From IMG/VR virus record IMGVR_UViG_3300020045_001121, positions 1 to 49,458 of that record: a stretch of DNA of 49,458 bases. One strand, given 5' to 3'. The translations under genes and the position numbers were made by a program. Every line of letters begins with the position of its first letter. Positions within the stretch are counted from its first letter, which is position 1. This document shows, piece by piece, positions 25,988 through 34,363 of the stretch. The notes under the pieces are model-generated. The model saw only the letters and a list, made by a program, of their open reading frames with translations. It did no database searches and was not told where the DNA came from. Origin of the DNA: a virus (lineage: Duplodnaviria > Caudoviricetes).

Positions 25988-27409
25988 ATGCCACTTAATA
26001 CAACAGGGTTTGAGCGACCGCGCTTAACCGAGATTAAAGCTGATTACGACCAACGGTTTACTGACGCTTTAGGCCCGGTTAATACGTCACCTGATGCTGT
26101 CATTGGTCAGATCATTGGCATCTTTTCTGCGGCTTTGGATGATGCGTATGAGACGTTGCAGGACAACTATGACAGCATGTATCCATACAGTGCAGAGGGA
26201 ACCAGCTTAGATGGTGCGGTTTCTTTCGTTGGCTTGGAGCGTTTAGGCTCTACGGCCACAACGGTGACGGCTTGCGTTTATGGTGCTGAATCAACCTTAT
26301 TGCCTACGGGAATTATGACTCGCGCTGGGTCTGTGCAATATGCCACGACTGCCGACACTGTTATCAGCCGGGCTAATGCGCTTGACGTTGAAATTGAGGT
26401 AGGTACAGTCGTCAACTCGGTGGCTTACCAGATCATCGCTGGCGGTGTTTTGGCGCAATATATTAGCGATGCTAGCGCAACGACTGACGAGATCATTAAC
26501 GGCCTTGCAGCGGCTTTTAATCCTGCTAATTTCACAGCTACTGTCACCGGGTCAACTTTGCGTTTGCATAGCTTTGACAAGGTTTCTGATTTCCCGTTGA
26601 CTCTGGATGCAAACCTTACCATCACGAAGCTAGGTTCGCCGGCTGTTTTCACGGCTATTGAGCTTGGTGCTAGTGCTTTGCCTGCTGGTGCGTTGACGTC
26701 CATTGATAGCCCAATTCTAGGTTGGGATTCGGTATCTAATTTGGTGGCCGGAACGACTGGACGCTATGTTGAGTCTGACGCTGATTTACGTACTCGACAT
26801 TCGACAAGCATTCGCTCCACGGGTAGCGCAACGGTAAAATCCATTAGATCCCGGTTGTTGTCTGATGTGCCTGAGATTACGGCGGTGCAGATCTATGAAA
26901 ATCGCACATCAAATGCGGTTGACTCAATGCCATCACATAGTTTTGAAGCCTTAGTTAGTGGCGGCACTACTCAGGATATTATTGATAAGATTTGGGATTT
27001 AAAACCTGCTGGAATTGAAACTTACGGTACCACATCAGGCCAGATCATTGATGAAAACGGCGACGCTCAAACGATCAAGTTCTCACGCCCGGTTACTCAA
27101 TACGCTTGGATTCGTGTTTCAGTTGATGCTCTATACACCGAGGAGCCATTGATTGGGTCTGTGCAGGCGTCAATAATGGATGCTGTGCTTACTTATGGCG
27201 CAAGTCTAAGCGTTGGCACTGACATCATCCCGCAGCGCTTTTTTGGCCCTATTTACGCATCTACTACGGGTCTAGGGCAGATCACAGTTGAGGCTGCCAT
27301 TACCGCTCTTCCTAGTGATACTCCTACTTATTCGACTAACAATATTTCCATTGGTAGAGCCGGAATATCGGAGTTTGCCACCAATCGTGTGATTGTGGTT
27401 GGTGTATGA
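25988..27409 (+). CDS. Baseplate J-like protein
   Basis: GF.RPRL, A.G.SLD, G...ESDA.LR.R, YEN.T, PSHSFEA.V.GG, KPAGIET.G. Confidence 0.9.
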   Translation: MPLNTTGFERPRLTEIKADYDQRFTDALGPVNTSPDAVIGQIIGIFSAALDDAYETLQDNYDSMYPYSAEGTSLDGAVSFVGLERLGSTATTVTACVYGAESTLLPTGIMTRAGSVQYATTADTVISRANALDVEIEVGTVVNSVAYQIIAGGVLAQYISDASATTDEIINGLAAAFNPANFTATVTGSTLRLHSFDKVSDFPLTLDANLTITKLGSPAVFTAIELGASALPAGALTSIDSPILGWDSVSNLVAGTTGRYVESDADLRTRHSTSIRSTGSATVKSIRSRLLSDVPEITAVQIYENRTSNAVDSMPSHSFEALVSGGTTQDIIDKIWDLKPAGIETYGTTSGQIIDENGDAQTIKFSRPVTQYAWIRVSVDALYTEEPLIGSVQASIMDAVLTYGASLSVGTDIIPQRFFGPIYASTTGLGQITVEAAITALPSDTPTYSTNNISIGRAGISEFATNRVIVVGV

Positions 27410-28131
27410 GTTATGTAAGCGACGCGCTATCGCGTATCACTAGCCAGTTTGAGCAGTCGCCTAATGTACTTGCATTGCTAACTGCCATCATTGGCCCTAT
27501 TGACTCATTGCAAGCCACTTCTGACATCGTTAAAACCGAGCGGTGGATTGATACTGCAATTGGCAAACAGCTTGATGGTTGCGGTTATATCGTTGGAGAG
27601 ACTCGCCAAGGCCGCGATGATGACACTTACCGTGAAGCCATTAGGTTTCGCGTATTTGTAAATATCTCAGAAGGCACTCCAAGTGCCGTGATTAAGGGGC
27701 TTAATTACCTTATTGGCTCTGACGATAAACAGTATCTAGAAGCATATCCGGCTACTGTTCTGTTATTTGGCGACGGTCCAAATGTACCCGCTGGAATTCA
27801 AGAGCAGATTCAAGACTTAGCACCGGCTGCAATTTCAGACGTGCCTGTTATGGTTAGTTACACTGAAAAGCCTTTCAGGTTTAGCAAGTCTGCAAATTTA
27901 CCAACTTTCAAGACTGCAACTGGTAATTTTTTCAAGCTGAATGGTAAAAAATTCAGAGTTAATTCATCATCTGTTGCTAGTGACGGGCCTACACTTTCAG
28001 GCATAGCGCACGGTGTATTTGCAGCTAACAGTTTGCGGTTTAAAATCAATGGTAAGCGAATCAGAATTCACTCTAGAAATAACGATGTAATTCTTGATTC
28101 TGGCTATCATTTAACAGGTGTTTTCCAATGA
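27406..28131 (+). CDS. Baseplate wedge protein (DUF2612-like)
   Basis: IDTAIG.QLD..G.IVG..R.GR.DD.YR. Confidence 0.82.
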   Translation: MSYVSDALSRITSQFEQSPNVLALLTAIIGPIDSLQATSDIVKTERWIDTAIGKQLDGCGYIVGETRQGRDDDTYREAIRFRVFVNISEGTPSAVIKGLNYLIGSDDKQYLEAYPATVLLFGDGPNVPAGIQEQIQDLAPAAISDVPVMVSYTEKPFRFSKSANLPTFKTATGNFFKLNGKKFRVNSSSVASDGPTLSGIAHGVFAANSLRFKINGKRIRIHSRNNDVILDSGYHLTGVFQ

Positions 28132-28568
28132 CAAGTTTCTCAGATACTTATCTGGCCTATTCGGATGGCCAGCAAAATAGCAATCAGCCTCCTGACGCCA
28201 TTATGGCTACTGGGTTCATTCCATCCACTTCCGGAAATCGCGGCCAGCCTCTGCCTGCGTCGTGGATTAATTGGCTTTTTAACCGTATTTTCAAGCACAT
28301 TAACCGCGATGTAGTAACTGACAATCTAGGTGTTGGCCTATTCAAAACCGAAGGCGCAATGATTCGCTTAGAGGCATTTGATTTGTCAGACTCAAATAAA
28401 TACTTGGTTGCCATTGGTTATAAGACGGCTGGAGTAGCGCCACAATTGAAGGTTATTTCAAGTGCTACATTAACATTGGGAACGGGTACAATTGACGGTA
28501 ATCAACCCATCTTGGGCGGCACTAATGTAAAAATAGTCGGGTATTCTCGACAAGTTGGAGAGTTATAA
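28128..28568 (+). CDS. Tail fibre proximal/adaptor protein
   Basis: GF.P......QPLPA.W.NWLFN; follows the wedge gene. Confidence 0.6.
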   Translation: MTSFSDTYLAYSDGQQNSNQPPDAIMATGFIPSTSGNRGQPLPASWINWLFNRIFKHINRDVVTDNLGVGLFKTEGAMIRLEAFDLSDSNKYLVAIGYKTAGVAPQLKVISSATLTLGTGTIDGNQPILGGTNVKIVGYSRQVGEL

Positions 28569-29165
28569 ATGGCTTTGACCACGACTGAAGAGGCGCAATT
28601 ACGCGCTTTACTTGTAAAACAAACCGAGCTGCTTTCACTGGCTGCTAGTGAGCCTGCAATTATTAGTGAGTTGGGAGCTGGAGATACTACTTTCCCAGAA
28701 TTGATATCAGCTACGGTTATAAATGATGCAGACTTGCTTTTGGTTCGCCAAGGAACTGAAGAAAAAAGTTCTTTAAGTAGTGTTTTTGCGCAATATGTTT
28801 TGGCTGAAAATGCTGTAACTCAAGCTACAAACGACAGCACTACAAAAGTAGCTACTACTGCCTTTTCAAACCCTGGATCATCGCTTGCTTCAAGTGGATG
28901 GCACAAACTTCCGAGCGGGTTGATTATCCAGTGGGGATTAACAACCTCGGTAACAATAACAAGCAGTCAAGCTGCTGTTTCAGCCACACTTCCCATAGCT
29001 TTTCCAAATAATTTTTTTAAAGTTATTTGTAGCGCAGAAGCTAGTCAGGCTGGAATTTATGCAAGCATCGTAAAGAATGGTCTAACCGCTGTAAATGGGG
29101 TTATAAATAACTCAAGTGCATCACCATACACTGGAAGTGCAGCTTACATCGCAATAGGTAATTAA
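28569..29165 (+). CDS. Tail fibre protein (gp53-like C-terminal domain)
   Basis: STTKVATTAF, SGWHKLPSGLIIQWG, LPIAFPN, YIAIGN. Confidence 0.82.
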   Translation: MALTTTEEAQLRALLVKQTELLSLAASEPAIISELGAGDTTFPELISATVINDADLLLVRQGTEEKSSLSSVFAQYVLAENAVTQATNDSTTKVATTAFSNPGSSLASSGWHKLPSGLIIQWGLTTSVTITSSQAAVSATLPIAFPNNFFKVICSAEASQAGIYASIVKNGLTAVNGVINNSSASPYTGSAAYIAIGN

Positions 29166-29206
29166 TCAATGTTTTACTAAAAATCAAGATAGAAGCCATA
29201 TTTAAA

Positions 29207-29518
29207 ATGAGTGAAGCACGAATTATTGCTTTAGAGCACCACGCAAAATCAACCGACTCAACTATGGGACGTGTTGAAACCAAACTTGACACAATTGTCG
29301 AGACTTTAAATAGCCTGGTGCGAATTGAGGAGCGTCAGAGTGTGATTAATATCAGGCTAAATGAAGGCGCTCAGACTATGCAAGGCCACGAGACACGCAT
29401 CCAATCAATCGAGGTGAAAATGCCTGGACTGATTGAAAAGGCGGGTTGGCTTGTAACTGGAATGCTTGGCGTTATTGGTGTTGTAGGTGCTGCTTTATTA
29501 CATGGAGTTATCAAATGA
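29207..29518 (+). CDS. Lysis-module membrane protein (coiled coil plus C-terminal TM; holin/antiholin-like)
   Basis: Single C-terminal hydrophobic helix; upstream of the endolysin. Confidence 0.55.
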   Translation: MSEARIIALEHHAKSTDSTMGRVETKLDTIVETLNSLVRIEERQSVINIRLNEGAQTMQGHETRIQSIEVKMPGLIEKAGWLVTGMLGVIGVVGAALLHGVIK

Positions 29519-29569
29519 TGTGCTGGATTGTGATGTTGCATTGGATGCAAAACGAGTGGGAAAACATTT

Positions 29570-29977
29570 ATGATAAACAGTCGAAGTCTTGATGATCTAA
29601 CGCAAGATACAAAAGAAAAAGCAAAGGCGTTAATCGCAGGTTGCTTGCTTGAAGGTATCGACTTGATTGTGACTAGCACGTATCGGGACTACGCTTCGCA
29701 GGGTGCTTTGTATGACCAAGGGCGTAAAACAATTGGCAAGATTGTGACTAATGCAAAGCCTGGTTACAGCTTTCACAATCACCGTGTAGCCTTTGATGTG
29801 GTTCCTGTAGTGGCTGGCAAAGCCATTTGGGATGACGCTCGCTTGTGGCAGAGTATCGGTGCTGTAGGTGCATTGGCTGGCCTTGAGTGGGGCGGCAATT
29901 GGAAGTTCAAAGATAAGCCTCATTTCCAAAATACAGGTGGTCATTCTATTGATGACTTTTTGCGGGAGCATGCGTAA
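29570..29977 (+). CDS. Endolysin, M15 family L-Ala-D-Glu peptidase
   Basis: TYR....Q..LY.QGR, VTNAKPG.S.HN...AFD, LEWGG.W...D.PHFQ. Confidence 0.9.
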   Translation: MINSRSLDDLTQDTKEKAKALIAGCLLEGIDLIVTSTYRDYASQGALYDQGRKTIGKIVTNAKPGYSFHNHRVAFDVVPVVAGKAIWDDARLWQSIGAVGALAGLEWGGNWKFKDKPHFQNTGGHSIDDFLREHA

Positions 29978-30483
29978 TGGATTGGCTTAAATCACTAGCT
30001 CCAACGGTTGCAACGGCTTTGCTAGGACCTTTGGGTGGCGTGGCTGTATCGGCATTGGGTGGCTTGCTTGGTGTGTCTGAAGCCACTCAGGACAAGATTA
30101 CGAGCGCCATTAAAGCCGGTAACTTGACGCCAGATCAGATTACAAAGTTAAAAGAACTTGAACTAGAGTATCGGAATAATGAAAAAGAACGTGGGTTTAA
30201 ATATTCTGAACTTGCATTCAAAGATCGTGATAGCGCCCGCACGGCCAACGTGTCAGGCGGAACACAAAAGATGCTTTTTTGGCTGTCGCTTGTTTTGCTT
30301 GTATGCACTTTAGGAACTGAGATTTCAGTCCTGTTTTTTGGCTATCCAGCACAGATACCTGAAATTGTAGTAGGTCGAGTGCTTGGATTAATGGATGCCG
30401 TAGCCATGATGGTTATGAGTTATTGGTATGGCACAACATCAGGCAGTGCAGATAAAAATAAGATGCTTTTAGAGGCAAAATAA
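29977..30483 (+). CDS. Holin (GTA 3TM-like)
   Basis: LAPTVATAL.GPLGG, DRDSAR, two C-terminal TMs, Y.YG.T.GS..K. Confidence 0.75.
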   Translation: MDWLKSLAPTVATALLGPLGGVAVSALGGLLGVSEATQDKITSAIKAGNLTPDQITKLKELELEYRNNEKERGFKYSELAFKDRDSARTANVSGGTQKMLFWLSLVLLVCTLGTEISVLFFGYPAQIPEIVVGRVLGLMDAVAMMVMSYWYGTTSGSADKNKMLLEAK

Positions 30484-30485
30484 AC

Positions 30486-30509
30486 AAACCCGCGTAATGC
30501 TGGTTTTTT
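30486..30509. terminator. Terminator at the convergence of the two genome arms
   Basis: AAACC-CGC-GTAAT-GCT-GGTTTTTT imperfect hairpin. Confidence 0.55.
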
Positions 30510-30510
30510 G

Positions 30511-30846
30511 TTATGGCATTTGCTTGCCGATTTCGGCGGCTGCACATACGATGGCACGTCTTGTGGAAGCTAATGGATTTCCATGATGAAAATCGCAAGA
30601 CTCAGATATTTTTGCTTCATCGTCTACAAGCACAGAATAATCTCCTTGCATAATATTTAACTTCAACTTCACCGACAACCGCAGCGCATCACCATCGTCT
30701 TTTAGTGGATTCCACTTTCCACCATCAAACGGAAGTTGCAGCCCTCCGCTAAAGTATTCGATAACTTCACCGTCATCAGTTCGTTGATACTCAATATTTG
30801 CAGCCTTCGCCGCCAGTTCAAGCAATTCTCGATCAGTCATCATCAT
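30511..30846 (-). CDS. Hypothetical phage protein, paralog of 14140..14469
   Basis: Shared motifs DRELLELAAKA, WNPL.DDGDALRL, ASTRRAIV.AAAEIGKQ. Confidence 0.75.
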   Translation of the reverse strand: MMMTDRELLELAAKAANIEYQRTDDGEVIEYFSGGLQLPFDGGKWNPLKDDGDALRLSVKLKLNIMQGDYSVLVDDEAKISESCDFHHGNPLASTRRAIVCAAAEIGKQMP

Positions 30847-31145
30847 TCCTTCACAAAACAACCATTAGGCATCAAAGTGCCTTTACGGTCTTTGATCTCT
30901 TGGTAAGCTGAATCCAAGCAAGAAACCAAATCTAGATTCTCCTTTTCAGCAACGATAATCAGCGTCACCAATACGTCACCAAAGCCATCAATAACGCCTT
31001 CACGGTCTCCTTTGATAAGTGCGTCTGCCAGTTCACCAAGCTCTGAAACTGTCTTCAAAAGCTGGGTTTGGCTTGTGGCGTTTGGGATAATCTTACGAGC
31101 CTTGGCCCATTCGATTACTTGTGTTTCTAGTGTTTCAAATTTCAT
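30843..31145 (-). CDS. MazG-like NTP pyrophosphohydrolase
   Basis: WA..R.I, Q.LK..SE.GELADA, D..GD.LVTLI, CL..AY.EIKDRKG. Confidence 0.88.
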   Translation of the reverse strand: MKFETLETQVIEWAKARKIIPNATSQTQLLKTVSELGELADALIKGDREGVIDGFGDVLVTLIIVAEKENLDLVSCLDSAYQEIKDRKGTLMPNGCFVKE

Positions 31146-31405
31146 TTTGTTGCTTTCATTACTACGTTAAGTTGGGCGCGTAGTTTTGCTTCAATAGAAG
31201 AAATAACTCTTTCGCGCATTGCTGGCAAGTCACTCAAAATTTCTTTGACCATGTTTTCAACTGCAATTTTCCATTCAATTTTTACCTGTTCTTTGACGTA
31301 TTCGCTAACATTCAATCCATGTGTTTGATCTGCAATTAGTTTGCGAACCTGACGCTCAATAGCCGCTTTAATCTCTTCTGGCTTTACTTCAACTTCAATT
31401 TTCAT
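31142..31405 (-). CDS. Hypothetical protein
   Basis: 87 aa; AAGGA RBS; ATGA coupling. Confidence 0.65.
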   Translation of the reverse strand: MKIEVEVKPEEIKAAIERQVRKLIADQTHGLNVSEYVKEQVKIEWKIAVENMVKEILSDLPAMRERVISSIEAKLRAQLNVVMKATK

Positions 31406-31561
31406 TTTGTTTCCTTAAATAAGTCTGGTTGATCGTTAATCACTGCCTGCGAGTTATGAGGCTTGTTTTTTAGCTCATCGTAGCAAGTTGGGCCAATGGC
31501 CTTGCCGTCTAGATAAAAGTGCTTGCCTCCTGATTTAAGAGGCTTTCCACACTTAAAGCAC

Positions 31562-32035
31562 TTAAGCATTTAAAAGTCCAAATTCCGACTTTTTGTTTTT
31601 CTGCCTGCTAATAGCGATGTCCAAATACTTTCCGTATTTGCTTCGTGGGATGCTTTTTCTCTGTGCGTCATGCCAATCCCAAAGCTCACGCAAGATGGTA
31701 ATCTCGCTTTCCCGTGCGTCAAACTTTCCCCACTTTTCAAACCGTCTAATCATGTTTGCAATAGCTGTCCTAGCTTGGTTACATACCGGAATGACTTCAA
31801 ACTTGCCGATGCCATTTTCAGCCATCACTACAGCCATTTGGTGAAGTGCAAGAATGTCATACAAGTCTTGCTCTGTAGCTGTGTGGTCTTGCATTGACTG
31901 AATGGCCGACAATTCACGGATTCGAACATCTTGCAGCAATTTATCGTCAATAGCGCACGCACCGTTTATGGCGTGAGCTACTGCGCTGAATCCTGGAGGT
32001 GTATTCCAGTGTTTGCGCTTGCATGACTTTCTCAT
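31562..32035 (-). CDS. Hypothetical phage protein
   Basis: 157 aa, MRKSCKRK start, coupled to neighbours. Confidence 0.7.
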   Translation of the reverse strand: MRKSCKRKHWNTPPGFSAVAHAINGACAIDDKLLQDVRIRELSAIQSMQDHTATEQDLYDILALHQMAVVMAENGIGKFEVIPVCNQARTAIANMIRRFEKWGKFDARESEITILRELWDWHDAQRKSIPRSKYGKYLDIAISRQKNKKSEFGLLNA

Positions 32036-32340
32036 GGCTTTGCTTTCTGAGAGTTGTAAAGTGCATTTAATGCGTCGGCCATCATCTGTCCGATTTCATC
32101 CTGCAACTCAGCGGCGTTCGGCATGTAGCCAATGCGTCCCCAGCCTCGTACTCTTGCGGCAACTGCGCCTTCAACAGAATTAGACCCGTCGATTTCGCCG
32201 TTGTCAGCCACCATGCGATTCTGCGAATCGTAGATGTAGCCGTACTGGAACTTGAACGGTGGCGCGTAGATCGCCATAGCCGCTGCGCGCTTACTTCCGA
32301 ATGGTGGCAATTTTTCAGTTGCTTCACTAATGGTTTTCAT
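32032..32340 (-). CDS. Hypothetical phage protein
   Basis: PPFKF..GYIYD....MVAD...RVRGWGRI.Y...A.ELQD. Confidence 0.7.
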   Translation of the reverse strand: MKTISEATEKLPPFGSKRAAAMAIYAPPFKFQYGYIYDSQNRMVADNGEIDGSNSVEGAVAARVRGWGRIGYMPNAAELQDEIGQMMADALNALYNSQKAKP

Positions 32341-32341
32341 A

Positions 32342-32551
32342 TCAAGCCTTAAAGTAATCGTAAGGTGTACGCGCATTGCTTGTCATGCTGACCATTGGCC
32401 GGTGAGCGATGCGCACGCCATTGACGATGCTTGGCTTATCGTATGCGTCCATCGAGTTTGGACGGCCATCCCAGCGTTTTAACTCTTTTCCATCGTACAA
32501 GCCGTCAAACTTATTTAGAGTTGTTGACGGTGTTTTCTTTTTGGTTGACAT
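32342..32551 (-). CDS. Hypothetical protein
   Basis: 69 aa; AAAGGA RBS. Confidence 0.65.
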   Translation of the reverse strand: MSTKKKTPSTTLNKFDGLYDGKELKRWDGRPNSMDAYDKPSIVNGVRIAHRPMVSMTSNARTPYDYFKA

Positions 32552-32680
32552 TTTTAGGTTCCTTTGTGTTGTTGATAAAGTCTTTTGCGATTGAAGGCCA
32601 TCCTAAGCGGTATGCCTTGTCGTACTGTTCTTGCGTAACTCGTACGCGCAATGTTGGGTATTTTTGGCTTGCGTCTTTGC

Positions 32681-32857
32681 TCACAAAAAGTACTCCAGTG
32701 CAGCGTAAGTTAAGACAATTCCGATTGAAACTGCCAGCATTACGTCAGCTAGTTTCTCGTATTGAATACGCTTGTATGACGTGATTGACGATGCGTAATT
32801 GACCGTTTTAGGAAATGCTTCATCAAGTGAGCGTGAGAATTTACGGGTTGTTTCCAT
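32681..32857 (-). CDS. Small membrane-anchored hypothetical protein (58 aa)
   Basis: Manual translation METTRKFSRSLDEAFP... with a C-terminal TM; AAGGTG RBS; promoter motif at 32888-32898. Confidence 0.6.
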   Translation of the reverse strand: METTRKFSRSLDEAFPKTVNYASSITSYKRIQYEKLADVMLAVSIGIVLTYAALEYFL

Positions 32858-32899
32858 TTTTACACCTTAGATAATTGTTGATAATTCATTGTAGCACAC

Positions 32900-33142
32900 C
32901 TATGGGAGATGACACCATGTTTCTCTGCTTAAAACTTTCTCAAGTGTCCTAGCGTGGATTCCATGCTTGGTACACAATGCCTCATTACTCAAGTTCTCTT
33001 TGATATATTTAAGCATGTTGTCCCTCTGGCGCTTTGCGCTACGAATGTCAATCACATCAATATCAAGTAGCTTGGCTTGTGGCAAGTCTTGACCTCGTGG
33101 TGCAAATTCAGTCCTGCGTGACTGATATTCTGTCCATGTCAT
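32900..33142 (-). CDS. Small HTH-like DNA-binding protein
   Basis: RGQ....AKL....V..IR ... LC.KHGI...TL.KV....TW.H, like C-terminal domains of phage HNH proteins. Confidence 0.5.
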   Translation of the reverse strand: MTWTEYQSRRTEFAPRGQDLPQAKLLDIDVIDIRSAKRQRDNMLKYIKENLSNEALCTKHGIHARTLEKVLSRETWCHLP

Positions 33143-33195
33143 CGAGCTGCGGCTTTTTGGGCCGCACATGCTTTTTGAATAGTTTGTTTGAGCCA

Positions 33196-33396
33196 TCAGA
33201 ACGGAACTAAGTAGTGAAACTGCTCGCACTCATTTGGTGAGTACAGGTAATCGTCAGGAACTGAGCCATTGAAAACGCATACATTGCCATTGATCTTGTC
33301 GAGATTGTCGCAATCGAAACAGCGGTTTTTGTTTAGAAAATCCTCTGCCTCAAGTCGCACGCGCAAGGCTTCCTCATATTGTTCTTTGTCAGTCAT
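33196..33396 (-). CDS. Small Cys-rich hypothetical protein
   Basis: CFDC...C..F...VP.......EC......VPF. Confidence 0.6.
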   Translation of the reverse strand: MTDKEQYEEALRVRLEAEDFLNKNRCFDCDNLDKINGNVCVFNGSVPDDYLYSPNECEQFHYLVPF

Positions 33397-33624
33397 TTAA
33401 TATTCCTCTTGCTGGTTAAGTGCTTCTAATTCAATCAACGAAACTACATCGCTAGAAAGCAATTCTGCAATATCAATGCCATTTAGCTTTGCGGTTTCAA
33501 GCGTGCAAGACTCTGGATAATCTGGCTCCATTTGCATTCCATTCTCACGACTTCCGCGCTCGGCTGGTTCGTATTCAAGTTCGCATTCAAGCTCGCCACC
33601 GTCAAAAATGTATGTATAGTTCAA
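33397..33624 (-). CDS. Hypothetical acidic phage protein
   Basis: C.LEYEP.E.G......EPDYPE. Confidence 0.65.
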   Translation of the reverse strand: MNYTYIFDGGELECELEYEPAERGSRENGMQMEPDYPESCTLETAKLNGIDIAELLSSDVVSLIELEALNQQEEY

Positions 33625-33830
33625 AGCATCATCTCCAGTTGGTTGGCCGCGTTGTTCAAGGCTGTAGCCATGTCGCGGGCTTGTTGTGGCGTCATTGAGT
33701 GTTGAAAACTCAATGAGCTAGAACGCTGCGTGATATTTACAATCTTTCCAATTGACGGCGATGAATGGATGTATGTTGACACATCTATAAAATCAGCTTG
33801 TGTAAAGTTTGGGATTTGCACTGGTTCCAT
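33621..33830 (-). CDS. Hypothetical protein
   Basis: 69 aa; promoter motif at 33860-33870. Confidence 0.6.
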   Translation of the reverse strand: MEPVQIPNFTQADFIDVSTYIHSSPSIGKIVNITQRSSSLSFQHSMTPQQARDMATALNNAANQLEMML

Positions 33831-33895
33831 TTTTAGTCTTTCATGTTGTTGATGCTGTTAGTGTAGATCAGTTTCAAGGCTTTGCGCTACATTGT

Positions 33896-34363
33896 TTAAT
33901 TATTTTCGTGACGTAACCAGTCAGCCATCAACAAAGCCTCTGCCCGTCCGTGGTGCTTAACAAGCTTTAAAGGCGCTGTAGGCCACTTTGAGCGGGCTAG
34001 TTCTAAGCTTGCTTTCTTGTCTGTACCAATTAGGCCGTGGTGCTTTTTCCACTTTTGAGGGGTGACAAATTCGTAAGGATAGAGCAATAGATCGACTACC
34101 GTTTCAATGCAGCCTGTCGCTCTCATGAACTTGCCAGTGCTGGACATTCCCTGTCCTGGACGAACGAAAACGCTTTCAATGGCAAATTCGGCATCATTGC
34201 CATTGTTTCGGATTATCTCTTGCAGGGCTATTTTTAGCATCCTAGGCCATACGCGCTCGCCATTGCTTTCAATGTCAAAACAGTGAATGTAATCGCCATT
34301 GTGGTCAATCGCACCTATCGCTCCGGTGTTTAGTCCGGGATCTGCGCCTATGTAAATAGTCAT
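33896..34363 (-). CDS. RuvC-like Holliday junction resolvase
   Basis: IGADPG..GAIG, IE.V..RPGQG.SS..KF, VTPQKWK, HGRAEALL. Confidence 0.88.
   Translation of the reverse strand: MTIYIGADPGLNTGAIGAIDHNGDYIHCFDIESNGERVWPRMLKIALQEIIRNNGNDAEFAIESVFVRPGQGMSSTGKFMRATGCIETVVDLLLYPYEFVTPQKWKKHHGLIGTDKKASLELARSKWPTAPLKLVKHHGRAEALLMADWLRHENN

Noticed and set aside
23204-29165. Diversity-generating retroelement or invertible tail-fibre cassette
   Set aside because: No reverse transcriptase or invertase, and no template/variable repeat pair noticed
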